Assembly (NCBI GenBank): GCA_965219955.1
Contig: OZ244799.1
Span: 2,208,001-2,272,000, forward strand
Reading direction: 5' to 3'
From: a bacterium
Lineage (GTDB): Bacteria > UBA8248
Length of the DNA stretch: 64,000 nt
Part shown: one piece after another, positions 19,440 through 30,063 of the stretch
How the letters are laid out: each line of letters starts with the position of its first letter
How positions within the stretch are numbered: position 1 is the stretch's first letter
Notes under the pieces: model-generated
The model's input: the letters and a program-made list of their open reading frames with translations, nothing else
What the model was told of the DNA's origin: nothing
Databases searched by the model: none
Program-made: the position numbers and the translations under genes

Positions 19440-19949
19440 CTAAGAGGCGGCCCTGGCCTGTTTCTTGAGGCGGCGCTTCACGAGGTCGCGCTTCGTCTTG
19501 TTGAGGTGATCGAGGATGAGTTTGCCGTCCAGATGATCGATTTCATGCTGTAAGACGAAGGCGAGAACCCCGCGCGCGTCGAGAACGACTTCCTCGCCCT
19601 CCAGGTTCAGCGCGCGCACGCGCACCGCCTCGCGGCGGCGGATTTTCTCGGTGACGCCCGGAATCGAGAGGCAGCCCTCCTCTACGACACGCTCGCCGGA
19701 GGCGCTTTCGATCTCGGGGTTGACGAGAAAATGGACCTGCTTGGGGTCTTTCCCGAGCGAGACGTCGACCACGATGAGCCGGATGTTCTCCCCCACTTGG
19801 GGGGCGGCAAGGCCGACGCCGGGCGCATCGTTCATGGTGGCGAGCATCGCGCGCGCGAGTTCCGCCGTCCGCTCCGTGACGCGCTCGACAGGGAGGCATC
19901 TCCGGCGAAGGGCGGGCGCCGGGTATTTGAGAATTTTCAGAACGGCCAT
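19440..19949 (-). CDS. def: Peptide deformylase
   Basis: GVGLAAPQVG, EGCLS and QHEIDHLDG motifs. Confidence 0.97.
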   Translation of the reverse strand: MAVLKILKYPAPALRRRCLPVERVTERTAELARAMLATMNDAPGVGLAAPQVGENIRLIVVDVSLGKDPKQVHFLVNPEIESASGERVVEEGCLSIPGVTEKIRRREAVRVRALNLEGEEVVLDARGVLAFVLQHEIDHLDGKLILDHLNKTKRDLVKRRLKKQARAAS

Positions 19950-20424
19950 GAGAGGTTCCCCGGTGAAACGGACGCGCAACCGGCACTACCGCCGTGCCGG
20001 TTTTCCATCATGTAACCCATCCTAAACGCGGAATCAAATTCTTGGGCTTAATTCGAGCGATGAGGGAGGGATTCTCCCCATCAAGGGGGCGAAATCCTGG
20101 CAGAAAAAAAAATGAAGGAGGCTTGCGCCCCAATGAGGTCGAGTCGGGCCGGGAGCGGAACGGCGGTCGGACCTCCGGAAGGGCATCGCAGGTGCGTGGG
20201 GCGTGACATCCAGGCCGCCCCGACGGACCGGGACGACCAGTTTACTTCAGACACCATCATCGGGCGGAACAGCCGCCGCGAGGATAACGCGGCGGCTGCC
20301 GGTCGCGGTATCGGGTCCGGCGGGCCCGACCAGAGAAAAAGGCCGCGCCGCCGGTACGACATGGCTCTTGATGTACTCTGCCGGCGCGCAGCGCAGCGGT
20401 CAACTCAAGCATGCCGGGATTCAC

Positions 20425-21180
20425 TCAACGGGCACGGATCACAAAGAACTCGTAGCCATAGAACTCCGAGTAGGCATGCCAGATGTCTAATTCCCTCTGG
20501 CACTGATCCGCCAACTCCTGTGCGTCCGGCGCGTCGTGGTGACGCTTGCGGAACCTGGTCACGTTGTCCTGCAGCGGCCGATAGTAGTCGTCCCACCATG
20601 CGGACGCGGGGAGTGGAAAGTGCCCGACCGTCTCGTAGCCGCACCCCTCGATGGCTTCCTGGAGTGCGGAAGTGTCGCGGATATCCGGGTACTCCCGGCT
20701 CCAGAACGCCGCGCAAGCGGCGGGCGGTCCGGTCTTCCGCCAGCACACCTCCGTCAGCGCGACGTGCCCGCTTCGCCGCAGCAACCGGCGCCAGCCGCGC
20801 AGGCCCGCTTCGAGGCCCATGTTGTAGATGGCGCCTTCGCACCAGATCAGGTCGAAGGAACCGTCGTCGAAGTCGAGTCGGCGCATGTCCGCCACGCGGG
20901 CTTCCAGTCGATCCGCGACCCCCAGTTCATGCGCCTTGCGGTTCAGCGCGTCGATGAACGGGGGGTGGATGTCGACGGCGACGATGCGCGCCGGCGAGCT
21001 GTCCGCCAGAACCAATGTCTGGGCGCCGGTCCCGCAACCGACGTCGAGCACGCGGGTCCGCGGCCCGACATCCGGGACGAGCCCGAGGGCCCGGCGCGTG
21101 CTTGCTGCCGTTCCCGGTCCCTGCCGGGGCAGCCCGCTGAACAGTTCGTAGAACAGCGATGTGGCCCGGTCGGGCGGCAT
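20425..21180 (-). CDS. Class I SAM-dependent methyltransferase
   Basis: LPRQGPG, VLDVGCGTG and FDLIWCEGAIY motifs; ATG at 21180 with AGGAG RBS. Confidence 0.9.
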   Translation of the reverse strand: MPPDRATSLFYELFSGLPRQGPGTAASTRRALGLVPDVGPRTRVLDVGCGTGAQTLVLADSSPARIVAVDIHPPFIDALNRKAHELGVADRLEARVADMRRLDFDDGSFDLIWCEGAIYNMGLEAGLRGWRRLLRRSGHVALTEVCWRKTGPPAACAAFWSREYPDIRDTSALQEAIEGCGYETVGHFPLPASAWWDDYYRPLQDNVTRFRKRHHDAPDAQELADQCQRELDIWHAYSEFYGYEFFVIRAR

Positions 21181-21371
21181 GAACACTCCTTTAGATAGTC
21201 TTCGAGACGGGCCGGACGCAGGCAGACGAAAACCGATGAAGGCCAACAGGCCGGCCCTGCGGATCCCAATAGAATGTATGAGGCGTTCTGAATCGGCGCA
21301 AGAGCGTGCCCAGCCAGCGGTCGTCCATTCATCCGAAGGGGCGCCAGCGACCGGGGATGTATGTGGTGTTG

Positions 21372-21400
21372 TTGACCTCCTTTGTGGCCATATCCATAAT
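21372..21400 (+). promoter_or_regulatory. Putative sigma70 promoter (TTGACC-N17-CATAAT) for the sterol reductase gene
   Basis: Near-consensus boxes with 17-nt spacer, 32 nt upstream of ATG 21433. Confidence 0.6.
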
Positions 21401-21432
21401 GACCGCGTCACAGAAGCAAGGGGAATTCGGTC

Positions 21433-22569
21433 ATGACCCAATGGCTCGGCATCGGCCACCTTTTCGAGCTTTCCCGGACGGAAGCGATTTTGGGGTTTTT
21501 CACCCCGCTGGCGGTTTTCGCCGCCTTTTTCGTGGCGCAGTTCGTCTTGCCGGGAAGGTGGGTACCCGGCTACGTCATCGACCCGCAGACCGGCGAGCCC
21601 CGCAAATACCGGCTGAACGGCATTCTGGTGTTTCTGGTCGCCGAGATCGTCTGGGCTCTCGAACTCACCGGGATGCCGCGCGACTGGTTCTACCGCTCCA
21701 CCATCTACGCCGTGGCAGGCGGAACGGTCTTCACCGCCATCTTCGCCGTCATCGCGGTGTTCAGCCAGCCGGAAGGCAGGATAAAGAACCCGTTCCTGGC
21801 ATTGTGGGACGGGCGGGCCCGGGAGTTTTCGTTCTTTGGCAACCGCTTCGACGTAAAGATGTATTTATACGTCGTCGGCGGGACGATGCTCTCACTCAAC
21901 GCCCTCTCCGGGATGGCTTACCACATAGAGCGCTTCGGAGCAGACTCGAACCCGGGCGTTATCCTCTATGCGGGGTTCTTCACGTTCTACGTGCTGGACT
22001 ATTTCATCTTCGAGCGCGTCCAACTGTATACCTACGATCTGATCCATGAAAACCTCAGCTTCAAGCTGCTCTGGGGCGGCCTCGTGGTCTACGGGTGGAT
22101 GTTCATCCTCCCGCTCTGGGGGATGGCCGCTTATCCGAACCCGGGGTTCCCGCCGGGGTGGACGTATTTCTGGCTCATCGGGACGACCGCGCTGTTCCTG
22201 TTCGGCTGGGGCATCTCGCGCGGCGCGAACCTGCAGAAATACACGTTCAAGCGCTGGCCCGAGCGCAAGTTTCTCGGCATCGAGCCCGTCTACATCAAGG
22301 CCGGCGAGCGCAAGATCCTCTGCAGCGGCCTGTGGGGCGTCGCCCGGCACTTCAACTACATGGGCGAAGGGTTTCTTTCCTTTTCCATCGCCCTGGCGTT
22401 CGGCCACTTCACGAATCCCTGGGCCTGGACCTACTTCGTATTCATCGTCTCGCTGTTCACCTGCCGGCAAAGGTATGACGATGCGTACTGCGCCGAGAAA
22501 TACGGACCCGAAAAATGGGCGGAGTACCAGAAAAGGGTGAAGTACCGGATTGTTCCCGGCGTGTATTGA
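21433..22569 (+). CDS. ERG4/ERG24-family sterol reductase (membrane protein)
   Basis: Multi-TM; YRLNG, FDVKM, TYDLIHE, RGANLQK, LCSGLWGVARHFNYMGE and DD..C.EKYG..W.EY..RVKYRIVPGVY family signatures. Confidence 0.9.
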   Translation: MTQWLGIGHLFELSRTEAILGFFTPLAVFAAFFVAQFVLPGRWVPGYVIDPQTGEPRKYRLNGILVFLVAEIVWALELTGMPRDWFYRSTIYAVAGGTVFTAIFAVIAVFSQPEGRIKNPFLALWDGRAREFSFFGNRFDVKMYLYVVGGTMLSLNALSGMAYHIERFGADSNPGVILYAGFFTFYVLDYFIFERVQLYTYDLIHENLSFKLLWGGLVVYGWMFILPLWGMAAYPNPGFPPGWTYFWLIGTTALFLFGWGISRGANLQKYTFKRWPERKFLGIEPVYIKAGERKILCSGLWGVARHFNYMGEGFLSFSIALAFGHFTNPWAWTYFVFIVSLFTCRQRYDDAYCAEKYGPEKWAEYQKRVKYRIVPGVY

Positions 22570-22914
22570 GACCGCCCGCCGCGGAGTCCATGCAGGGCGG
22601 CTGTGACGAATTGACCGGACTTGCATGAAGTCGGCAAATGCCGCGAGCCATGACGAGGCGCTTCTACCCGGTACCGGGTCAGCGGGGAGGATAGAAGGTG
22701 CCGCCGCAGATTGGCTTACGCATCGAGGGCGATCGCGCCCTTACCGTGAAGGACGAAACTGGTCGACGGCCTGGCCGCCAACCTTGGCGAGCGCCGGTTT
22801 GGCGCAGGTTTTCGACCCCGATAATTCAAGAGACGCCAACAGGTCCAGACGGTTACCGGAGCCCGAACCGCGGACGGGCAGACGAGAGTTCCGCGAAAGC
22901 GCTGAGGGAGCGTT

Positions 22915-25900
22915 ATGATTAACCAGCCGCAGACCAATTTCCGCCGGATCCTCGTCGCCAACCGGAGCGAGATCGCCATCCGCGTGTTCCGCGCCTCGGT
23001 CGAACTCGGCATCGAGACTATCGCGATCTATTCACAAGAAGACCGCTTCGCGCTGCACCGCTTCAAGGCGGACGAGGCCTACCTGGTGGGCCGGGGGATG
23101 GGGCCGATCGAGGCCTATCTCAACATCGAGGAGGTCATACGCGTCGCGCGAGAGAACGCCGCCGATGCGATCCACCCCGGCTACGGCTTCATGGCCGAAA
23201 ACCCCGACTTCGCCGATGCGTGCGCGGACGCGGGCGTCGCCTTCGTCGGCCCGAGTCCCGATATCCTGCGCGCGCTCGGCAACAAGGTGGCGGCGCGCGA
23301 ACTTGCGGTGTCGGCGGGCGTTCCGGTGGTTCCGGCGACCGGCCCGCTCCCCCGGGACCCGGATGAGGCCGCGCGACTCGCCCGCGAAGTCGGTTTCCCC
23401 GTCATGCTCAAGGCGAGCTGGGGCGGCGGCGGGCGCGGCATGCGCACGATCGAGAGCGAGGCCGAGTTCGCCGATGCAGTCGAGGCCGCGCGGCGCGAGT
23501 GCCTGGCGGCGTTCGGCAACGACGAGGTCTATCTCGAAAAGCTGATTCGCCGCGCGCGCCACGTCGAGGTACAGATCCTCGGCGACAACCACGGCAACCT
23601 GGTGCACCTCCACGAGCGGGACTGCTCGGTGCAGCGGCGCAACCAGAAGATCGTCGAGCAGGCGCCGGCGCACTATCTCGATGCGGCGACCCGCGCGGCG
23701 ATCCACGAGAGCGCGCTCAAGATCGGCCGCGCGGTGGGCTACAACAACGCCGGCACCGTCGAGTTCCTGGTCGACGACGACACCGGCGCGTTCCACTTCA
23801 TCGAGGTCAATCCGCGCATCCAGGTCGAGCACACGGTCACCGAGGTGGTGACCGGCGTCGACCTCGTGCAGGCGCAGATCCGCATCGCAGGCGGGGCCGC
23901 TATCGGTAAGCCTGAGAGCGGCATCCCGGGCCAGGACGAGATTCGTGTGAACGGACACGCCATGCAATGCCGGGTGACCACCGAGGACCCGGAGAACAAT
24001 TTCATTCCGGATTACGGCGTGCTCACCAACTATCGCGGCGCCACGGGGTTCGGCATACGCCTGGACGGCGGCACCGCCTATTCGGGCGCGCGGATCACGC
24101 CGTATTACGACTCGCTGCTCGAGAAGGTGACGGCCTGGGCGCCGACGTTCGAAGAGGCGATCCGGCGGATGAGGCGGGCGATCGTCGAATTCCGCATCCG
24201 CGGCGTCGCCACCAACCTCGCCTTTCTCGATAACGTCATCAGCCATCCGCGGTTCCTCGAAGGCGCCTGCACGACGCGCTTCGTCGACGAGACGCCGGAA
24301 CTGTTCCACTTCGAATACAGGCGGGACCGCGCAACCCGGCTGCTACGCTACCTGGGAGAAGTCGTCGTCAACGGCAACGGCGCCGTCGAAGGCCGGGCCA
24401 AACCGCCGACGCACCGGACGCCGAGCGCGCCCGAGGCTCCCGGCGTCGAGGTCCCGGACGGCACGCGCCAACTGCTCGATGAACTCGGGCCCGAGGCTTT
24501 CGCACAGTGGATGCTCGACCAGGAGCGGGTGCTGATGACCGACACCACGTTCCGGGACGCGCACCAGTCGCTTCTGGCGACGCGGGTGCGGAGCTACGAC
24601 CTGGTCGCCGTCGCGCCGTTCTACGCGCGGCTTTTGCCCCAGCTTTTCTCGGTCGAGTGCTGGGGCGGGGCTACCTTCGACGTGGCGATGCGCTTCTTGA
24701 ACGAATGTCCCTGGACAACGCTCGAACGGCTGCGCGCCGCGATGCCCAACCTCCTGACCCAGATGCTGCTGCGCGCCTCGAACGGCGTCGGCTACACCAC
24801 CTACCCCGACAACGTGGTGCGCTATTTCGTTCGCCAATCGGCAGAGAACGGCATCGACATCTTCCGCATCTTCGATTCGCTCAACTGGGTCGAGAACATG
24901 CGGCCGTCGATGGACGCGGTGCTGGAGACCGGCAAGCTCTGCGAGGCGGCGATCTGCTACACCGGCGACATCACCGACCCGGGCCTCACGAAGTACGACC
25001 TCAAATACTATGTCGCGCTCGCCCGCGAACTCGAGGCCGCGGGCGCCCACATCCTGGGCCTCAAGGACATGGCGGGCCTGTGCAAGCCTGCGGCGGCCCG
25101 GCTCCTCGTCGAGACCCTGAAACAGGAGATCGGCATTCCCATCCACTTCCACACCCACGACACCAGCGGGATTTCCGCGGCAAGCGTGCTCGCCGCGGCC
25201 GAGGCCGGGGTCGACGCCGTGGATGCGGCGATGGATTCGATGAGCGGACTCACCTCGCAGCCGAGCTTCGGCTCGATCACCGCGGCTTTGCGCCACTCCC
25301 CGCGCGACCCCGGAATCGACCCCGATACGGTGATGACGCTCTCCACCTACTGGGAGCAGGTGCGCAACCAGTACCGCGCCTTCGAGAGCGAATTCCGCGC
25401 CGGCACGTCGGACGTCTACAACCACGGAATCCCGGGCGGCCAGTACACCAACCTGCGCGAGCAGGCGCGCGCGCTGGGCATCGACAACCAGCGCTGGCCG
25501 GAGGTCTCGCGGGCCTTCGCCGAGGTCAACCGCATGTTCGGCGACATCGTGAAGGTGACGCCCTCCTCCAAGGTGGTCGGCGACATGGCGCTGATGATGG
25601 TGACGGGCGGGCTGACGCCCGAAGACGTGGCCGACCCCGAGCGCGAGATCGCCTTTCCCGAATCGGTGGTCTCGCTGTTCGCGGGCGAGCTGGGGCAGCC
25701 GCATGGCGGCTTCCCGCGCGCCCTGCAGGAGAAGATCCTCAAAGACAGGGAGCCGATCACCGTGCGGCCCGGCTCGGTGCTGCCCGACGCCGACCTCGAA
25801 GCCTGCCGCGAGGAAGCCGAAAAAGACGCCCAGCGCCCGATCAGCGACGCCGAGTTCGCCTCCTGGCTGATGTATCCGCAGGTTTTCACCGACTACGCGG

Positions 25901-26379
25901 CGGCGCGGCGCGATTACAGCGACGTGAGCGTACTGCCGACGCCGGTTTATTTCTACGGCATGGAGCCGGACGAGGAGATCGCCGTCGACATTGAGCGCGG
26001 GCGCACCCTGTTCATCCACTATGTCGCGCGCAGCGAGACCGACCAGAAGGGCGAATGCACGGTCTTCTTCGAGTTGAACGGGCAGCCTCGGACGGTGCGC
26101 GTCGCCGACCGCAGCGCCGCCGCGGCAGTCACGGAACTGCCCAAGGCCGAGGAAGGCGACCCCGGCCACGCCGGCGCGCCGATGCCGGGGATGGTGACCA
26201 AGGTGTTCTTTGGTGAGGGCGAGGCAGTCGATGAGGGCGACGTGCTGGTGGCGATCGAGGCGATGAAGATGGAAACCGTTATCCGCGCCGAACGCGGCGG
26301 CGTCGTTTCGAGGGTCGTCGCGCCGGTCGGCACCACCGTCGACACCAAGGATCTGCTCGTCGTCGTCGGCGACGCCTGA
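22915..26379 (+). CDS. pyc: Pyruvate carboxylase
   Basis: Biotin carboxylase (ANRSEIA, GGGGRGMR), carboxyltransferase (RDAHQSL, HTHDTSG) and BCCP (EAMKM) domains. Confidence 0.98.
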   Translation: MINQPQTNFRRILVANRSEIAIRVFRASVELGIETIAIYSQEDRFALHRFKADEAYLVGRGMGPIEAYLNIEEVIRVARENAADAIHPGYGFMAENPDFADACADAGVAFVGPSPDILRALGNKVAARELAVSAGVPVVPATGPLPRDPDEAARLAREVGFPVMLKASWGGGGRGMRTIESEAEFADAVEAARRECLAAFGNDEVYLEKLIRRARHVEVQILGDNHGNLVHLHERDCSVQRRNQKIVEQAPAHYLDAATRAAIHESALKIGRAVGYNNAGTVEFLVDDDTGAFHFIEVNPRIQVEHTVTEVVTGVDLVQAQIRIAGGAAIGKPESGIPGQDEIRVNGHAMQCRVTTEDPENNFIPDYGVLTNYRGATGFGIRLDGGTAYSGARITPYYDSLLEKVTAWAPTFEEAIRRMRRAIVEFRIRGVATNLAFLDNVISHPRFLEGACTTRFVDETPELFHFEYRRDRATRLLRYLGEVVVNGNGAVEGRAKPPTHRTPSAPEAPGVEVPDGTRQLLDELGPEAFAQWMLDQERVLMTDTTFRDAHQSLLATRVRSYDLVAVAPFYARLLPQLFSVECWGGATFDVAMRFLNECPWTTLERLRAAMPNLLTQMLLRASNGVGYTTYPDNVVRYFVRQSAENGIDIFRIFDSLNWVENMRPSMDAVLETGKLCEAAICYTGDITDPGLTKYDLKYYVALARELEAAGAHILGLKDMAGLCKPAAARLLVETLKQEIGIPIHFHTHDTSGISAASVLAAAEAGVDAVDAAMDSMSGLTSQPSFGSITAALRHSPRDPGIDPDTVMTLSTYWEQVRNQYRAFESEFRAGTSDVYNHGIPGGQYTNLREQARALGIDNQRWPEVSRAFAEVNRMFGDIVKVTPSSKVVGDMALMMVTGGLTPEDVADPEREIAFPESVVSLFAGELGQPHGGFPRALQEKILKDREPITVRPGSVLPDADLEACREEAEKDAQRPISDAEFASWLMYPQVFTDYAAARRDYSDVSVLPTPVYFYGMEPDEEIAVDIERGRTLFIHYVARSETDQKGECTVFFELNGQPRTVRVADRSAAAAVTELPKAEEGDPGHAGAPMPGMVTKVFFGEGEAVDEGDVLVAIEAMKMETVIRAERGGVVSRVVAPVGTTVDTKDLLVVVGDA

Positions 26380-26662
26380 CGCGCCGGGCCGGAGGACCGC
26401 AAACCGGGGGAGGAGAAACCTGCCTCGCGAGCTCAGGGCAAAGAGGTTCCGCTCGCATCGGCACCCGGCCTTCCCCACGCAGCGCCTCGTCTCGCGCAGC
26501 TACACGAACCCCGAGAAATCGCTCGCCGCGAACCATGGAGCGTCGGACGCCGGCGATGGAGAAGACCCGATCGGATCGGGGGATGGAGTTACAGGAAAAC
26601 CGCATTCATGATCGACCGGATTCCGCTCCACCCTCTCTCCCTGAACATTCTCAAACGGACCC

Positions 26663-29137
26663 TCAGAACCGCATGTTGAGGGTGAGGAAGAAGGTGCGGC
26701 CCCAACCGGCCGCTCTGGGCCCGTCCGTATCGGAGGGGTTGGCTGTATGCGTCGAGAGTCTGGTATCGGTGACGTTGTACACGCCCGTGGTCACCCGAAC
26801 GTTTTCCAGACCCAGCGGCCGCTTCCAGTCGAGCGTCACATCGTGGCCGGTCCAGGACCTGAACCTCCCTTCGCCAGACTGACTCTCGATTTCCGAGCGG
26901 TAGTTCGCGGCCCAGAAAGCGGTGAGATTGCCACGCCCGGCCGAGACTACGACGCGCACGGCATCCTGGGGGAGGGGATATCGCCGCTTTTCGCCCGCGA
27001 TTTGCTGCTTGGTGCTGAGGACGTGCCGCCAGAACCCGCGCATTCCGATAACGCCCCAATCCATTTTCATGCGCGCGCCGTAACGGAAATTCACGCCCGA
27101 AATCTCGGTATCGACAATGTTCGCAAAGCTGTCGTGAATGGTGATGTCGCTGCCGATGCGCTCGATGCAGTCGTTTCGGTTACCGCCCTGGCATTCTTGC
27201 AGGTTCAACATGGCCCAGGTGGCGCTGTTCTGCCCCGGCAGGTCGGATGTTGCGAGCCGATACCAGTCCGCGACGAGATAGAACGGCCCTTTGCGGGCCT
27301 CGGCGCCGAAAGAGAACATCTCGGAGCCTGAGGGGTCGAGACCCGGGTTGCCGCTCGTCTCGCGCGTCACCTGTCGGTAGTTCGGACTATCGCATGTGCG
27401 GGGCGGCGGTCCGCTCCCGGGGTCGCAAACGATATAAGGATGGTCCTGCGACGCGTCGCTGTAGATATGCCGCATAGAGGGCGCCGTCTCGCCTGCGCTC
27501 CACGAGCCGCGCAGCGTGACGATGCCGGTCAGACGGTATTCGGCCCCGAAACGCCACGATTCCAATCCGCCGATATCGTCGTATTCGTCGCCGCGTCCCC
27601 CGACCCTGATTTTCAGATTGTCGGTCAGCGACAGGGACATCTCCGCAAAAGCCGCGGCGATGTCGCGCTTGCCGGCATAGCTGGTTCCGCCGGAACCGAG
27701 CACCTCGGTCACATTATGGGTATGGCCGTCCCTGTCCCGAAAGACCAGGAGACGCTGCACGTCCGCGCTTCCCAGTTCGACCCCTGCGGTCCATGCCGTC
27801 AGGCGCCCGCCGATAGCGAAGCCGGAGCCCTCCAGCGCCAGCCGGGCGCCAAGATACTCGGCACTTGTAGTATCCTCCTCCTGCAAGCTGCTGTTCTCGA
27901 TCGCTGCAGAATTACGCGGGTCCAACGGGTTCACGAGGTTGTAATTCCCACTCGCGATCTCTTCCCTGATCCTGCCGGCATGCACGAAAGTGTCGCCGGT
28001 CACGGAATAGTCCAGCCGGTAGGCACTGACGCGCACATCATAGCCGAGACCTTCAGCCAGACGACCCTCAACGCTTGCGGAAATGTCGTATTCCTCGGAA
28101 TCCGTCACCCAGTCCCGGTTGCCGTGGCCGATAAAGCGGTGCCCCACGACGAACTCGTCGTTTTCTCCCAACTGGAAGTCTGAGCCTGCTGCTCTCTTGA
28201 GCTCATCCAGCAACGTCTCGTTCGGCGTAAAGGAAAACACGTCGATCGACGGCGCGTAGCGGAACGCCCCGCGGCCCTGAGTGATGTTCGCGTCCAGATG
28301 GAATTCGGTGTCCTCTCCGAGCGGATACTCCAGGTTCAGGACAGCGCTCTTCTGCTCATAGCTGGGTGTGCTCCACCAGATGTTTCCATAGGCGTAACCA
28401 CAGCCCTCGTCGCCCGTGCGGATACCGGGCGGATTGCTGAGCGGACCGACATAGCCCAGCGACGGGTCGCAGTCCCCCAGTGGCACTGACCTTAAACCGA
28501 CAAATTCTCCCTGGTCGTCTTTCTGGGAGACATAGACGGTGTTGCCGCCGACGCTGATATTCTTGGCTTGGCTGAAACTGCCACCCTCCACCCACTCGGA
28601 GCGGCTGTGTTCCCGGTCCTTTCCGAGGATTTCCTGACGGTCCAGTATGTCCACGCCGAGCGTCATGCGTCCTCCCTTGCCGACAGCGCCGCCCCAGAAG
28701 AGGCTGCCCTGCCAGCCGTCACCACCGTCCTTGCTCGGCATCCGCGTAACCGTTCGCACCTCGAAGCCGTCCAGGTCCTTTCTGAGCACGATATTGAACG
28801 CGCCGTTTATGGCGGCGTGGCCGCCCAGCGTGCTCAGACTCTCGCCTCTCAGAACCTCGATGCGCTCCACGGCCGAGAGCGGCAGGGAATCCAGATTCTG
28901 GCCGGTGGTGGCGTAGGGTCTGCCGTTCACCAGGACGAGCAGATCTCGTCCCCCGGTGAAAAAGTAGCGGATGATGCCGGTGTCCAACAGCTCCTCGATC
29001 GTCTGGGCACCCGACCGCTCGATGAACTTGCGGTCATATTCGGCGATGACCTGCGGGGCCGGCGCGAGAGGTCCGGCATGGGATATCATTACCGCCAGCA
29101 CTGCATAAGCGGCGGCTGCCGCCAAAGCATACCTCAT
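26663..29137 (-). CDS. TonB-dependent receptor-like outer-membrane protein
   Basis: Plug motif LVLVNGR...AVERIEVLR, GNPGLDP, terminal GRTFFLTLNMRF beta-signal; signal peptide from MRYALAAA. Confidence 0.88.
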   Translation of the reverse strand: MRYALAAAAAYAVLAVMISHAGPLAPAPQVIAEYDRKFIERSGAQTIEELLDTGIIRYFFTGGRDLLVLVNGRPYATTGQNLDSLPLSAVERIEVLRGESLSTLGGHAAINGAFNIVLRKDLDGFEVRTVTRMPSKDGGDGWQGSLFWGGAVGKGGRMTLGVDILDRQEILGKDREHSRSEWVEGGSFSQAKNISVGGNTVYVSQKDDQGEFVGLRSVPLGDCDPSLGYVGPLSNPPGIRTGDEGCGYAYGNIWWSTPSYEQKSAVLNLEYPLGEDTEFHLDANITQGRGAFRYAPSIDVFSFTPNETLLDELKRAAGSDFQLGENDEFVVGHRFIGHGNRDWVTDSEEYDISASVEGRLAEGLGYDVRVSAYRLDYSVTGDTFVHAGRIREEIASGNYNLVNPLDPRNSAAIENSSLQEEDTTSAEYLGARLALEGSGFAIGGRLTAWTAGVELGSADVQRLLVFRDRDGHTHNVTEVLGSGGTSYAGKRDIAAAFAEMSLSLTDNLKIRVGGRGDEYDDIGGLESWRFGAEYRLTGIVTLRGSWSAGETAPSMRHIYSDASQDHPYIVCDPGSGPPPRTCDSPNYRQVTRETSGNPGLDPSGSEMFSFGAEARKGPFYLVADWYRLATSDLPGQNSATWAMLNLQECQGGNRNDCIERIGSDITIHDSFANIVDTEISGVNFRYGARMKMDWGVIGMRGFWRHVLSTKQQIAGEKRRYPLPQDAVRVVVSAGRGNLTAFWAANYRSEIESQSGEGRFRSWTGHDVTLDWKRPLGLENVRVTTGVYNVTDTRLSTHTANPSDTDGPRAAGWGRTFFLTLNMRF

Positions 29138-29456
29138 CAAAATTCCCCTTCTCTGTAAACGCAAACGAACCGGCCAAGGCCAGAGTTGATGATTGCCGAT
29201 GTTATCTGCATTCTGCGATTTGTCGCAACAGCCGGGATGTTCACAGGAACGCGCGATGCTGCAAAGCTCGACTCCCGCGGCTGACAGAACTCCTGATTAC
29301 ACTCGAATCCAAACTGCATAGAGTAGAGTTGAACCATGAAAGACCATGCCCAAGACCGGCGCTTACCCGGAGAATCGGACACACTCCAGGGGACCGGTGA
29401 TCGGCAGGCGGCTCTCGTTCGGCTCCGTGAACGAGGCCGGCGCCAGATTCACGGCG

Positions 29457-29660
29457 ATGAGGAGGAAACCGGATATCGCGTCCCGCGCCGCGGAGCAGGA
29501 CTCGCTTCGAAGGCCGAGACGGAGCGCGCGGTGAATGCGCTCTTAGAAGCCATACGGGGCGCTCTCGCAAGCGGGGAGACTGTCTCTCCAGCGGGGTTCG
29601 GCACGTTCCCGGCGAGGAGCCGGGCGGCGCGTCAGGGACGAAACCCCGGCACGGGGGAGG
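29457..29660 (+). pseudogene. HU/IHF-family DNA-binding protein, frameshifted and truncated
   Basis: MRRKPDIASRAAEQ in one frame; SKAETERAVNALLEAIRGALASGETVSPAGFGTF...AARQGRNPGTGE in another; C-terminal arm/helix missing. Confidence 0.8.
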
Positions 29661-30063
29661 GCCGCAGACGGGCGGAATACAGAAGACGGCAGGAGGAAAA
29701 CAGGCACCGCTAAGAGGAGGCGAAAAAGTTACCGCTTTTAATACAACAGTTTATCGTGCTTGAGGGTATCCAGTCGTACGATTGTCCGTGGGACGGAACC
29801 ATGAACATGTCTTTGATAAATCAATGACAATTTATTTTCCTGAGAATGACGCCGCGGGATCTGGCGCAGGGAAATTCCGTCATAACCCGCGACACATGCG
29901 ATAACGTCAAACGCGCGGAGTTTCGGGGTGAAAATCCCCCGGGCGGACGCCGGGGCATGATCTGGCTGATCCTTGCTTCATCTAGTAGCTGTAAATACTA
30001 CGAATATAAGCTAGATTCGATGAACTACCGGCTATTTCGGCGCCAGGGTCGATTACATCCTGT

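Noticed and set aside
20270-20298. Strong hairpin CAGCCGCCGCG-N7-CGCGGCGGCTG
   Set aside because: Single copy with no U-tract; at most a terminator-like stem downstream of the methyltransferase.
20425-21180. Methyltransferase as a sterol C24-methyltransferase
   Set aside because: Lacks recognisable SMT motifs (e.g. YEYGWG region); resembles a widespread small-molecule class I family with LPRQGPG. A link to the reductase rests on proximity only.
29813-29824. FNR-like site TTGATAAATCAA
   Set aside because: Half-sites are 2 nt apart rather than 4, and no intact downstream gene is present.
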